Source: Minisyncoccia bacterium (GTDB lineage: Bacteria > Patescibacteriota > Minisyncoccia > Phycocordibacterales > UBA918). Taken from it: a stretch of DNA of 49,536 nucleotides. How positions within the stretch are numbered: position 1 is the stretch's first letter; each line of letters starts with the position of its first letter. This document shows positions 17,276 to 25,786 of this stretch, one piece after another. Under the pieces are notes generated by a model. The model searched no databases and was not told the DNA's origin. It saw only the letters and a program-made list of their open reading frames with translations. A program made the position numbers and the translations under genes. The stretch lies in the NCBI GenBank assembly GCA_047639355.1, contig JBLIOC010000003.1, forward strand, positions 1 through 49,536, written 5' to 3'.

Positions 17276-18004
17276 TTAAACTTTTCTTGTACTACCGATT
17301 GGATACTGCCATTCCGGTATTGCCTTTCCTACATATAAACAACCATCAAAAAAATTCTGGATGCCAGGAATATAATTTAACCAAGTTAGCCAACCATAAA
17401 AGCCAGGTGAGTAGCTAACTGTTTCGAACCCTGCTCTCTCACACATAAACTTTAAACTCTTACCAGAAAAAGCGTTCACATGGTCTCCATGCAGGTGACC
17501 ATTCCAATACTTACGGAAACGCATTGGTAGAAACTTCGGAATAAAAACTGGGACCGTCGGCACATACAAAAAAATGTTTCCACCAGGATTAAGTACCGCA
17601 TGAATATTTCGTAAAAATCGGTGAGGGTTTTCTACATGCTCCATAATTGCCCAAGCGATAGCATTATCAACCTTTGGTAAATTACTGACATCATCCGAAA
17701 TCATATCTACTTCCTTTGCATCAAGTCCGATGTTGGTACAAAATTTTACCGACCCAGGATTAATCTCCACCCCATAAGAACCAGTGCCCATATACACCAA
17801 GTTATTTCCCACCCCGCTACCGATATCAATTACAGTTTTAGAATTGAGTCCATACTTTTTAATAACTTCCATTGTGCGTCGCCGCGGACCTGGCTTGAAC
17901 CATTTATCAAACACTGCTTGATTTTCGACCTGAGATTTACCACCACGGGCACCCACGTGAGCCTCTAAAGCCTGCTTGTCCTTAATACCATCAAGTATAT
18001 ACAT
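17276..18004 (-). CDS. Class I SAM-dependent methyltransferase
   Basis: VIDIGSGVG, GVEIN, IMEHVENP, LNPGG. Confidence 0.88.
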   Translation of the reverse strand: MYILDGIKDKQALEAHVGARGGKSQVENQAVFDKWFKPGPRRRTMEVIKKYGLNSKTVIDIGSGVGNNLVYMGTGSYGVEINPGSVKFCTNIGLDAKEVDMISDDVSNLPKVDNAIAWAIMEHVENPHRFLRNIHAVLNPGGNIFLYVPTVPVFIPKFLPMRFRKYWNGHLHGDHVNAFSGKSLKFMCERAGFETVSYSPGFYGWLTWLNYIPGIQNFFDGCLYVGKAIPEWQYPIGSTRKV

Positions 18005-18084
18005 GCGACGATTTTACCATAAACCAAAAACAATGTTCGACCTCTGTAATTACATGCGTTAGAATAAGCTCACACATATTCTAT

Positions 18085-18849
18085 ATGGACTTCATACAAA
18101 AAATCAAAAAAGTGGTTGGTGCCTATTTTGGACTATTCGTACAAAAACGTGAGCTCTTAATAGTCTTAGCCCCCGGTCGAGTTGGTTCAATTGCCCTCAA
18201 TGCCAGTCTACGAGCTGTCGGGGTGTTTTCATTCAAGCTAGAGTTTCTAGAAAAAGACCTAACTGGAGCAGCTTTTTTTTTGAAAAATCATATTTTTAAA
18301 AAAAATAAACCAGCCAAGCTTATAACCATCATACGTGACCCTGTCGCGATGATGCTAACCTACTACATGGGTAAGGCGTATTACGGCTGGCTAACCGAAG
18401 CTCAAAAGGCCCTTGCAGATGGCGACCTAGAAAAGCTGAAGAAGCACTTTATTTCAGATGTTCTCACTACAGACAGGTTAACTAGCCACCTTGATTGGTT
18501 TACGACTGACTTTCAAAAGCTCACTAACATAGACGTCTACTCTTATCCTTTTAATACTAACAAACGATGGTCAATAGTAGAGAATGGTTTGTATCCAACA
18601 CTTATTTTCCGCACCGAACTAGATGACGAAATTAAAGTAAACATAATCAAAAACTTTTTAAATATAGACACCTTCACTCTTTCAAGAGCAAACACGGCTG
18701 ATGTAAAAGCATATAAAGATACCTATGAAAAATTCAAGGACTACCTAACTCTTCCTGCCGAATTACTGAACAATATATATAGCTCCACCTATTGCACACA
18801 TTTCTTTTCAGCTGAAGAAATTAGTATCTTGAAATCAAGGTGGTCTTAA
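18085..18849 (+). CDS. Sulfotransferase-like / capsular polysaccharide synthesis family protein
   Basis: APGRVGS resembles the 5'-phosphosulfate-binding loop and LITIIRDPVAMMLTY resembles the 3'-phosphate-binding motif. Also WF...IDVYSYPFN and IYSSTYCTHFFSAEEI. Confidence 0.6.
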   Translation: MDFIQKIKKVVGAYFGLFVQKRELLIVLAPGRVGSIALNASLRAVGVFSFKLEFLEKDLTGAAFFLKNHIFKKNKPAKLITIIRDPVAMMLTYYMGKAYYGWLTEAQKALADGDLEKLKKHFISDVLTTDRLTSHLDWFTTDFQKLTNIDVYSYPFNTNKRWSIVENGLYPTLIFRTELDDEIKVNIIKNFLNIDTFTLSRANTADVKAYKDTYEKFKDYLTLPAELLNNIYSSTYCTHFFSAEEISILKSRWS

Positions 18850-18927
18850 AAAGCTTATTTTAACTTCATCTACTTTCAAGAATAAGCGGTAACTAATATT
18901 GGTTATTACACGTTATAATTCCTAATA

Positions 18928-20181
18928 ATGCGTGCACTTTTTCAAACAATCTCTGACAAATTAGAGAAACGATTTAATACAGACGCCCGCTACTTTTTAA
19001 ACGGCGGATTTTGGTTGACCTTAGGGCAAGTATTTATCACAACTTTCGGCCTTGCCACAACGGTTTTATTTGCCCATTTCCTTAGTGAGACAGACTACGG
19101 AATCTACCGATACCTTATCGGACTAGCTGTTATTTTTTCACTATTTTCTTTAACAGGACTAGATCAAGCTATTCTGCAAACCGCAGCCAAAAAGTACTAT
19201 GGTTTTTATCAAAAAACGCTAAAGATAAACCTTATCTACAGCTTACCTATCACTGGAATAGCGATGATAGGCGCTGGATATTATTGGTTTAATGAAAATA
19301 CCATTCTTGCTGTTGGATGCCTTCTAATCGCAATACTACAACCAATCATAAGCACCTTTAGGTTTGTCCCTGTATTCCTACACGGTTCTCGCCGGTTTAA
19401 GGAATCAACGATAGTGCATACCGTGCGAATGCTAGTTATCTCTGTGTTTAGTATAATCGCGCTTTTTCTTACCCAAAATATTCTTATATTATTTGCTGTC
19501 TATCTATCTGGTTTACTAATTACCAACTTTGTCAGTCATTTGATTTTTAAACCAAAAACAGAGGGTGTGGCCGAAGATATAGTTACCAAATATCTTAACT
19601 ACGCAAAACACACAAGTATTCGTAACATAATAGGAAACGCCGCCTACAGGCTGGATAGTGTGATTATTTTTACCCAGCTCGGAGCCGTTGAGCTAGCAAT
19701 TTACACGATTGCCAATATAGTTCCTGAACAAATTAAAGCTACCTTTAAGGGATTAGCCTCTCTTATACTTCCTAAATATGCACAACAAGATGACGTTGAG
19801 CTAACTAAAAAAAATATTCCCAAGAGAGGTCTCCAGCTTTTCATAATTTTTTCAATCATTACTTTTTTGTACATAGCTTTATCACCATTTCTCTACACCT
19901 TATTGTTTCCAAAATATGACACCGCCATATTCTTTAGCCAGTTAGCAGCTCTTTCTCTACCCGCTATGGTAGCTATACTGCCATGCAGCTTGCTACAAGC
20001 CCACCGCAAGGAACGTGAACTACATTCATTAAATATCCAAAGTTCTGTCGTAACTATACTTTTAACATTAGTACTTATTCCCAGTTATGGACTAATTGGT
20101 GCGATTGTCGCGAAAATCTTGTCCAGATATTTCAACCTGGCACTATCTTTCTTTCTTGTTTACAAACTTAAAAGTCGTTAA
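18928..20181 (+). CDS. Wzx-type oligosaccharide flippase
   Basis: About 12 TM segments; LSETDYGIY, LDSVII...LGAVELAIY, LIPSYGLIGA. Confidence 0.88.
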   Translation: MRALFQTISDKLEKRFNTDARYFLNGGFWLTLGQVFITTFGLATTVLFAHFLSETDYGIYRYLIGLAVIFSLFSLTGLDQAILQTAAKKYYGFYQKTLKINLIYSLPITGIAMIGAGYYWFNENTILAVGCLLIAILQPIISTFRFVPVFLHGSRRFKESTIVHTVRMLVISVFSIIALFLTQNILILFAVYLSGLLITNFVSHLIFKPKTEGVAEDIVTKYLNYAKHTSIRNIIGNAAYRLDSVIIFTQLGAVELAIYTIANIVPEQIKATFKGLASLILPKYAQQDDVELTKKNIPKRGLQLFIIFSIITFLYIALSPFLYTLLFPKYDTAIFFSQLAALSLPAMVAILPCSLLQAHRKERELHSLNIQSSVVTILLTLVLIPSYGLIGAIVAKILSRYFNLALSFFLVYKLKSR

Positions 20182-20206
20182 GAGACAAGCTGATTAAAAC
20201 TTAAGA

Positions 20207-21097
20207 TTACTCAATAGTTTTCTGAGCAACAATTGAGCATCCTAGACCGAAACCAAAATTAGTACTTAAGAATCTTTGAACTGATTTAGGCACTAACCAT
20301 CCCAGATTAAGTGAACGCATTGGCCAGGCATCCCACTCTCCGGCCGTGTGATTAACTGTAATTTTTGGATTATAAAAACCAGCCTGCTCAAAAAGCTTTT
20401 TAAAACCAGTATGAGAATAAAATTTAGTATGAGCATTACCTCCATCAATCAAACCGTCTGAATATCGACTAGTCATTGCCAATAAACTAAATTTGTATGT
20501 AATTAGTTTACCTAGAAGAAATCCACGTAAAAACATAATTCCAAACCAGTAGTACCAACCTCTGTTATACATCCAAGCGTATACTTTTCCGCCCGGCTTC
20601 AAAACTCGATAAATTTCTCTCACTGCTTTATTTGTATCTGGCATGTGCATAAGGCAACCGTGCGCACAAACAAAATCAAAAGAATTATCAGGAAACTCTA
20701 GTGTTTGAGCATCCATTTTTAACACCGTCCCCTTAAGACCGTGTAATTCAAAGTTCCGCTTGGTTTGTTCCACTGCATAATTAGTCAGGTCAATCCCTGT
20801 CAAATCGGCTCCAAACCGAGCAAAAGTTACAGCAGAAAATCCCGTGCCAGTAGCAATGTCTAACACCTTCTTCCCTCGTAAACTTTCGTAGTCAATATAT
20901 TTTGAAAAAACAGGACTGCCCGCAGTTTGAGTTCCACCGTCAGTCTGCTTACAGTAACGTCGGTCGATATCATCAAAATAAGCCAAATCTAAATCTGCAA
21001 TTTGATCAGCTTGTTTGCCCACTCCAAGATTACTTTTATAAGTAAATGGATTCGAATCCCACCACTCTTCTGTCTTTTTAGTTTCAGTCTGAATCAT
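20207..21097 (-). CDS. Class I SAM-dependent methyltransferase (Methyltransf_11-type)
   Basis: VLDIATGTG, GIDLT, MDAQTLEFPDNSFDFV, EIYRVLKPGG. Start taken at MIQTET. Confidence 0.9.
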   Translation of the reverse strand: MIQTETKKTEEWWDSNPFTYKSNLGVGKQADQIADLDLAYFDDIDRRYCKQTDGGTQTAGSPVFSKYIDYESLRGKKVLDIATGTGFSAVTFARFGADLTGIDLTNYAVEQTKRNFELHGLKGTVLKMDAQTLEFPDNSFDFVCAHGCLMHMPDTNKAVREIYRVLKPGGKVYAWMYNRGWYYWFGIMFLRGFLLGKLITYKFSLLAMTSRYSDGLIDGGNAHTKFYSHTGFKKLFEQAGFYNPKITVNHTAGEWDAWPMRSLNLGWLVPKSVQRFLSTNFGFGLGCSIVAQKTIE

Positions 21098-21247
21098 ACA
21101 AATTAAAATTGCCGGCAATTTTAAACATTAATTTGCCTCTGTTGCTTATATAATATTGACACTATACCATAGCAAATCATTCAACTATATTAACCACGAG
21201 TCACATTTTATTTGTGCTATATTTAATAATCTTGATTTAAGTCAAAT

Positions 21248-21982
21248 ATGAAAAACAAGAACAGACTCCACAAAAAAATATTAAAATCATTTTTCAAACT
21301 TTTTAATAAAAGACTTGTAGACATCAATGCCCCTGCTAAACCATACAAAGAAGGGGTCGCCTTTTTAAAAAAAATTATTGATGCTCCTAATTATATTATT
21401 GACATAGGATACGCAGACGGTACTCCTGACTTAACCGCATCTTTCCCTATGAGTACTTTCAAATATTTACTCATCGATGCAAATCCAAATTTCTACGCAG
21501 CACTCAACAAGGCAAAACAAAACTACCCAAACGTAAGCACTGAGAAGTGTTTTTGTGGAGAAGGTGAAGCGACAGTTTCACTTAATCTGAGTAAGCAGGG
21601 ATACGAATCTTCCATGTATAGAGATTTTGAAGCTGGCGAAACAGTCCAAGTGAAGACACGAACGCTCGACAATATTGTTGAGCAACACAACATTTCAGGC
21701 CCGCTATTAATAAAGATAGACGTTGAAGGTTCTGAAATTGATGTACTTAAAGGAGCTAGTGATACTTTGAAGATGGCTGATGTTGTAATTCTAGAGACCT
21801 GGATAAACGTACCTGATTCAGACAGCCCTGGTGACTTTGCTAAAATAGTAGAAATTATGGACGACAACAATTTTGTAGTATTTGATTTCTTTGGCGGCTA
21901 TTCACACAAAAGCGGTGTTTTGGCGCATATAGATACTGTCTTTGTTAAGAGAGATTCTAAATACCGTAAAATTATAATATGA
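21248..21982 (+). CDS. FkbM family methyltransferase
   Basis: IIDIGYADG, TRTLDNI, LLIKIDVEGSEIDVLKGA, HIDTVFVK. Confidence 0.88.
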   Translation: MKNKNRLHKKILKSFFKLFNKRLVDINAPAKPYKEGVAFLKKIIDAPNYIIDIGYADGTPDLTASFPMSTFKYLLIDANPNFYAALNKAKQNYPNVSTEKCFCGEGEATVSLNLSKQGYESSMYRDFEAGETVQVKTRTLDNIVEQHNISGPLLIKIDVEGSEIDVLKGASDTLKMADVVILETWINVPDSDSPGDFAKIVEIMDDNNFVVFDFFGGYSHKSGVLAHIDTVFVKRDSKYRKIII

Positions 21983-22243
21983 TATCTATAATTCAAGTCC
22001 CCGAAGCAAAACGTCAAATTATTTGATTGAACTGAAATCAAATTTAGACCTTTATTGATTAATGATTTAGTGCAATCTTTTTACTGACTTCTTTATCAAA
22101 TTCATATGCAGATTCCGAGATTCGTCCTATATCTTCTTCTTCAGATATTCCAATCTGGACTTCAGGAATAATGAGCTCTTTATCTACTGGAGCATGCGGA
22201 GCAATTCCAAACTCTGGATAAATTAATCCTAACCTCCCCATTT
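21801..22243. repeat. Direct repeat A, copy 1 (partner 24098-24539)
   Basis: Colinear with 24098-24539 at offset 2297/2296. Diverged overall, but 22014-22071 is identical to 24311-24368 over 58 bp. Confidence 0.95.
22059..22243 (-). pseudogene. Degenerate copy of the 3' end of the cytidylyltransferase-cupin gene
   Basis: APHAPVDKELIIPEVQIGISEEEDIGRISESAYEFDKEVSKKIALNH versus the parent APQAPADKELIILEVQIGISEEEDIERISESASEFDKEVSKKIELNH; there is a 1-bp insertion near 22205. Confidence 0.9.
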
Positions 22244-22249
22244 CTGATC

Positions 22250-22370
22250 ATATTAATCCTAATAACACTCCCTTTCTTTTGCTTGACGGGTATTACATTC
22301 ACAAGGATTGCACACATAGGAGTTGCATCTTTATATTCCTATTATCATTACCGTAAAAAGTATAGACAAG
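22250..22370 (+). pseudogene. Probable remnant 3' end of a second Wzx-type flippase
   Basis: A start-less frame ILILITLPFFCLTGITFTRIAHIGVASLYSYYHYRKKY resembles the flippase C-terminus ILLTLVLIPSYGLIGAIVAKILSRYFNLALSFFLVYK. Confidence 0.4.
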
Positions 22371-22399
22371 GTAGATTGGCCATTTACATATTAATCCAA

Positions 22400-23335
22400 T
22401 TATTTACTACGCAATAATTTTTCTATTGGATAGATTGAATTTCTTAGAGTATCTATCGGGCGATAGTTAAGCTCAATCGTTTTCCTTGGAATGAGAGACT
22501 TAAACTCTCCACGTAAATGAAAGCCACTTATATCAACCATTACTAAAGTATTTGCTTTTACTTGCAAACTTTCTGGTTTCAGATCCAGCTTTTTCTCTTC
22601 ACTTTTTGACATTTCTACCCACGGTTCTCCAATTTGATACTCACCATTGGGATTTATCTTCCATTTATTTAATGAAAACCTAATACTCATTTTATATTCT
22701 ATCCATAATCTAGATAAAGTCATTTTATTAGAACCTAGGCAATATTTTAATGCAGCGTTACTTTCATCTGTATTAGTAACATAGTAAAATATTTTCAAGG
22801 TTCTCATTGGCGTATCAGCATGGAGATTATTTGTGCCTCCATTATGAGGAAGATTAGCCTCTGCAGTATCTTTCAAATATATTTTTGCCAACCTAACACT
22901 CAGTGGCAAGTTAAGCCTCCTGTTTAAAAAACTAAGAGATACATTGTTTATGATTTGATCGTTTAGAAAAAAATTTCTAAACTCATCTGATACAGACTCA
23001 TTATAAAAGTTCATATAGTCAATATATGGCAAAGCAAGGTTTTTTTCTTCACGTTTGAACTTATTTTCAAGCTGTTCATACTCACCGGAAAGTTTAGAAA
23101 AACTTTGGTTTGGTAGAAAGTTTGGAATTACACAGACCCCATTCTTCTCTAACTCTTTAACGTAAACTTTATGTTCTTTGGGAATACTTTTTGGTATTCT
23201 GGCAATTCTATAAATATTATAAAAAATAATTCTAAAGATTTGATAACCAAGTATATTAAGTACGATGGAGGATGAGAAGGTATTAGGTTTTTTGTCTAAG
23301 ACTTTTAAAACGAAATTACGTGCACTGGTCTTCAT
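22400..23335 (-). CDS. Fe(II)/2-oxoglutarate dioxygenase, PhyH-like
   Basis: LEKNGVCVIPNFL, the HxD motif NLHADT, LKIFYYVT, ALKYCLGS, distal His in DISGFHLRG, then RKTI. Confidence 0.8.
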   Translation of the reverse strand: MKTSARNFVLKVLDKKPNTFSSSIVLNILGYQIFRIIFYNIYRIARIPKSIPKEHKVYVKELEKNGVCVIPNFLPNQSFSKLSGEYEQLENKFKREEKNLALPYIDYMNFYNESVSDEFRNFFLNDQIINNVSLSFLNRRLNLPLSVRLAKIYLKDTAEANLPHNGGTNNLHADTPMRTLKIFYYVTNTDESNAALKYCLGSNKMTLSRLWIEYKMSIRFSLNKWKINPNGEYQIGEPWVEMSKSEEKKLDLKPESLQVKANTLVMVDISGFHLRGEFKSLIPRKTIELNYRPIDTLRNSIYPIEKLLRSK

Positions 23336-23375
23336 AAAATGGTTTAATGATACAAATTAAGTTAAATTATAGCAT

Positions 23376-24029
23376 ATGGTATCAGTTGAAAATAATGAAT
23401 ATAAGTACAAAATAATAATAAAGAACATTATAGAGAGAAACAGATTTCTGCAGAGATTTGTTAAACCTTTAATGAAAAAAATAGCTCATCAGATACCTCA
23501 ACCTAGAGACTTTCTACTTAATAACTTACCACCTAACCCTATTTGTTGTGAAGTGGGAGTCTGGAAAGGTGAATTTTCAAAAAGAATAATACAAGTAGCT
23601 AAGCCAAAAAAGCTGTATTTAATTGACCCTTGGAAATATTTTGGAGAAGATTATTTCTACAACAGAGAACAGCCAGAACAAAAGTTTATGCAAGAGGCAC
23701 AAGATATGCGTTATGAAATGGTCAAAGAATCATTTGCCAATGAGCTGTCATCCAATACAGTAGAGATAATAAGAGGAACTTCGGATGAGGCTGCATCAAA
23801 GTTTGAGGATGAGATATTTGATTTTGTTTATATTGACGGAAACCATAGTTATGATTTTGTTAAACAAGACATAACTACATATTATAAGAAAACTAAGCCT
23901 AATGGAATCGTAGCCGGAGATGACTACAGAATGAAAGATGTCCAGAGAGCTGTACAAGATTTTGTTAAAGAAAACTCTATCAAAAACTTTAGTGTAAAGA
24001 ATGATCAATTCATAATCAAAAAAAGCTGA
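23376..24029 (+). CDS. Class I SAM-dependent methyltransferase (Methyltransf_24-type)
   Basis: CEVGVWKGEFS, LYLIDPW, FDFVYIDGNHSY, GIVAGDDY. Confidence 0.9.
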   Translation: MVSVENNEYKYKIIIKNIIERNRFLQRFVKPLMKKIAHQIPQPRDFLLNNLPPNPICCEVGVWKGEFSKRIIQVAKPKKLYLIDPWKYFGEDYFYNREQPEQKFMQEAQDMRYEMVKESFANELSSNTVEIIRGTSDEAASKFEDEIFDFVYIDGNHSYDFVKQDITTYYKKTKPNGIVAGDDYRMKDVQRAVQDFVKENSIKNFSVKNDQFIIKKS

Positions 24030-24097
24030 TTAATTTCAAAATCAAATTTTATTATTTATTTAAATAATCCCAAATAAAAGGGGTTATGATATTATCG

Positions 24098-24539
24098 GAA
24101 TGAACGGACCCGATACAGGCAGCTCTGGTGACTTTGCAAAAATAATTGAAATTATGAACGCTAATAATCTGGTAGTATTTGATTTCTTCAGTGGCTATTC
24201 CCACAAAAGTGGTATGTTAGCACATATTGATACCGTCTTTGTTAAGATAGTGTCTAGATATCGTAAAATTATAAAATGATATCTATAATTCAGGCCCTTA
24301 AAGCAAAACTTCAAATTATTTGATTGAACTGAAATCAAATTTAGACCTTTATTGATTAATGATTTAGTTCTATCTTTTTACTAACTTCTTTATCAAATTC
24401 AGACGCTGATTCCGAGATTCTCTCTATATCTTCTTCTTCAGATATTCCTATCTGAACTTCAAGAATAATCAGTTCTTTATCTGCTGGAGCTTGTGGAGCA
24501 TGCCAAACTCCAGGTAAATTCATTCGAACCTCACCATTT
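24098..24539. repeat. Direct repeat A, copy 2 (partner 21801-22243)
   Basis: See copy 1. This copy contains a fragment of the FkbM 3' end and the intact 3' end of the cytidylyltransferase gene. Confidence 0.95.
24100..24279 (+). pseudogene. Duplicated 3' end of the FkbM gene (59-codon open fragment)
   Basis: MNGPDTGSSGDFAKIIEIMNANNLVVFDFFSGYSHKSGMLAHIDTVFVKIVSRYRKIIK* versus the parent INVPDSDSPGDFAKIVEIMDDNNFVVFDFFGGYSHKSGVLAHIDTVFVKRDSKYRKIII*. Confidence 0.85.
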
Positions 24540-25066
24540 GGCATAAAAAAGAATTCACTCCTTCTTTCGTGTCGTTGTAACGAAAGTTTTTGCCCGGCGG
24601 CTATATGAAGCATTTTTACTTTTAATTGAGGCATATCAATTATCACATCGTACGAACCCCACCTTGTTATAACTTTCTTACGCGCGTTAATTTCGGAACT
24701 AGAACTATACTTTCCACCACCTAACTCAAATATTGGATTTATGCCAATTTCTTCACATGTATTTAACTCTGGTGTATTCTTAACCCCTCTGTCACCGCCG
24801 TTACCAAAATAATCAGGCTTGATTCTCCGCAGCGCCTCACAAACTGTACCGTCAGCGTCATCAACTGTGTGGATATGTGGTGTATATATTTCAAGAATTT
24901 TTTTTCTATCAGTCCACGACTGAAAAAAGAAACCTTTTTTTCGAGAAAGCCAATCATCACTATTTAAAACTATATGTACTTCACCATATTCAGCAGCAGA
25001 TTCTATCATTGCAATGTGGCCAGGGTGAATAGGGTCAAAACCACCAGAAATTATAATTTTTTTCAC
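24356..25066 (-). CDS. Cytidylyl/adenylyltransferase (HxGH; RfaE domain II/TagD-like) fused to a mannose-6-phosphate-isomerase-type cupin
   Basis: SGGFDPIHPGH, LNSDDWLSRKKG, FGNGGDR, KYSSS; then RWGSY, KLSLQRHERRSE, GVWH, IILEVQIG, EEDIERI. GTG start. Confidence 0.85.
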   Translation of the reverse strand: MKKIIISGGFDPIHPGHIAMIESAAEYGEVHIVLNSDDWLSRKKGFFFQSWTDRKKILEIYTPHIHTVDDADGTVCEALRRIKPDYFGNGGDRGVKNTPELNTCEEIGINPIFELGGGKYSSSSEINARKKVITRWGSYDVIIDMPQLKVKMLHIAAGQKLSLQRHERRSEFFFMPNGEVRMNLPGVWHAPQAPADKELIILEVQIGISEEEDIERISESASEFDKEVSKKIELNH

Positions 25067-25075
25067 AAGTGTTAT

Positions 25076-25738
25076 TTATGTAATTAATTTTTTAACTCTA
25101 GCAAAGCTAATTTCCAGTCTGCCAAAATCAGAATTATCAAACTTGTCTATCTCTGGTAAGATTTCGACATTATAAATATCAGTATCAATTGTATCCACTG
25201 TCGGTCCCGCTGACTCTGTCTTACGATTTCTCCAATAATCATCAAAAATAACAACAGTTTCATCATGCATGAGTTTGTTTACACAATCCCAATCACTTTG
25301 AATCGTAGCGACATCATGTCCCCCATCAATAAAAATAAAATCAACTTTTGGTGCGTTTTTTATATATTCAGGTAAGGTCTCTAAAGTGTTACCTTTTATA
25401 AGGGTTATATTTGCACCAGTCTTAAGAAGCTTCTGCTCTACATCATTTTGTGATGGTGGTTTTTTAGACAACTCACGCAGGAATATTTCATTAGTAAGAT
25501 CTTCGAACAAATCAAATCCTATATAATTAATAGTTTCACTTGTGTTTTTTTGAGCTGTTTCAATCATCTGCAAAGCACGAACTCCATTCCAAGTTCCAAC
25601 CTCTAATATTGTAGCTGCTTTATTTTTTACAACTTCATCAAAAAGATGATGGTACCTTTTTGGTGCTTTGAATTTTCCATGGTACCAATTTGCAATATAT
25701 AAATAAAACTGTCGAAAGTATGCCTTAGTTTGCTCCAT
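25076..25738 (-). CDS. Class I SAM-dependent methyltransferase (Methyltransf_24-type)
   Basis: ILEVGTWNG, YIGFDLF, DFIFIDGGH, VIFDDY. Confidence 0.88.
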   Translation of the reverse strand: MEQTKAYFRQFYLYIANWYHGKFKAPKRYHHLFDEVVKNKAATILEVGTWNGVRALQMIETAQKNTSETINYIGFDLFEDLTNEIFLRELSKKPPSQNDVEQKLLKTGANITLIKGNTLETLPEYIKNAPKVDFIFIDGGHDVATIQSDWDCVNKLMHDETVVIFDDYWRNRKTESAGPTVDTIDTDIYNVEILPEIDKFDNSDFGRLEISFARVKKLIT

Positions 25739-25786
25739 AGAATTAGTATTAAGTTTGTTTTATATTAACATACAAAACTTTAAAAA

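Noticed and set aside
22059-22241. 60-aa ORF as a genuine small gene
   Set aside because: Its ATG is out of frame in the parent gene and joins only through a 1-bp insertion; it is a repeat fragment.
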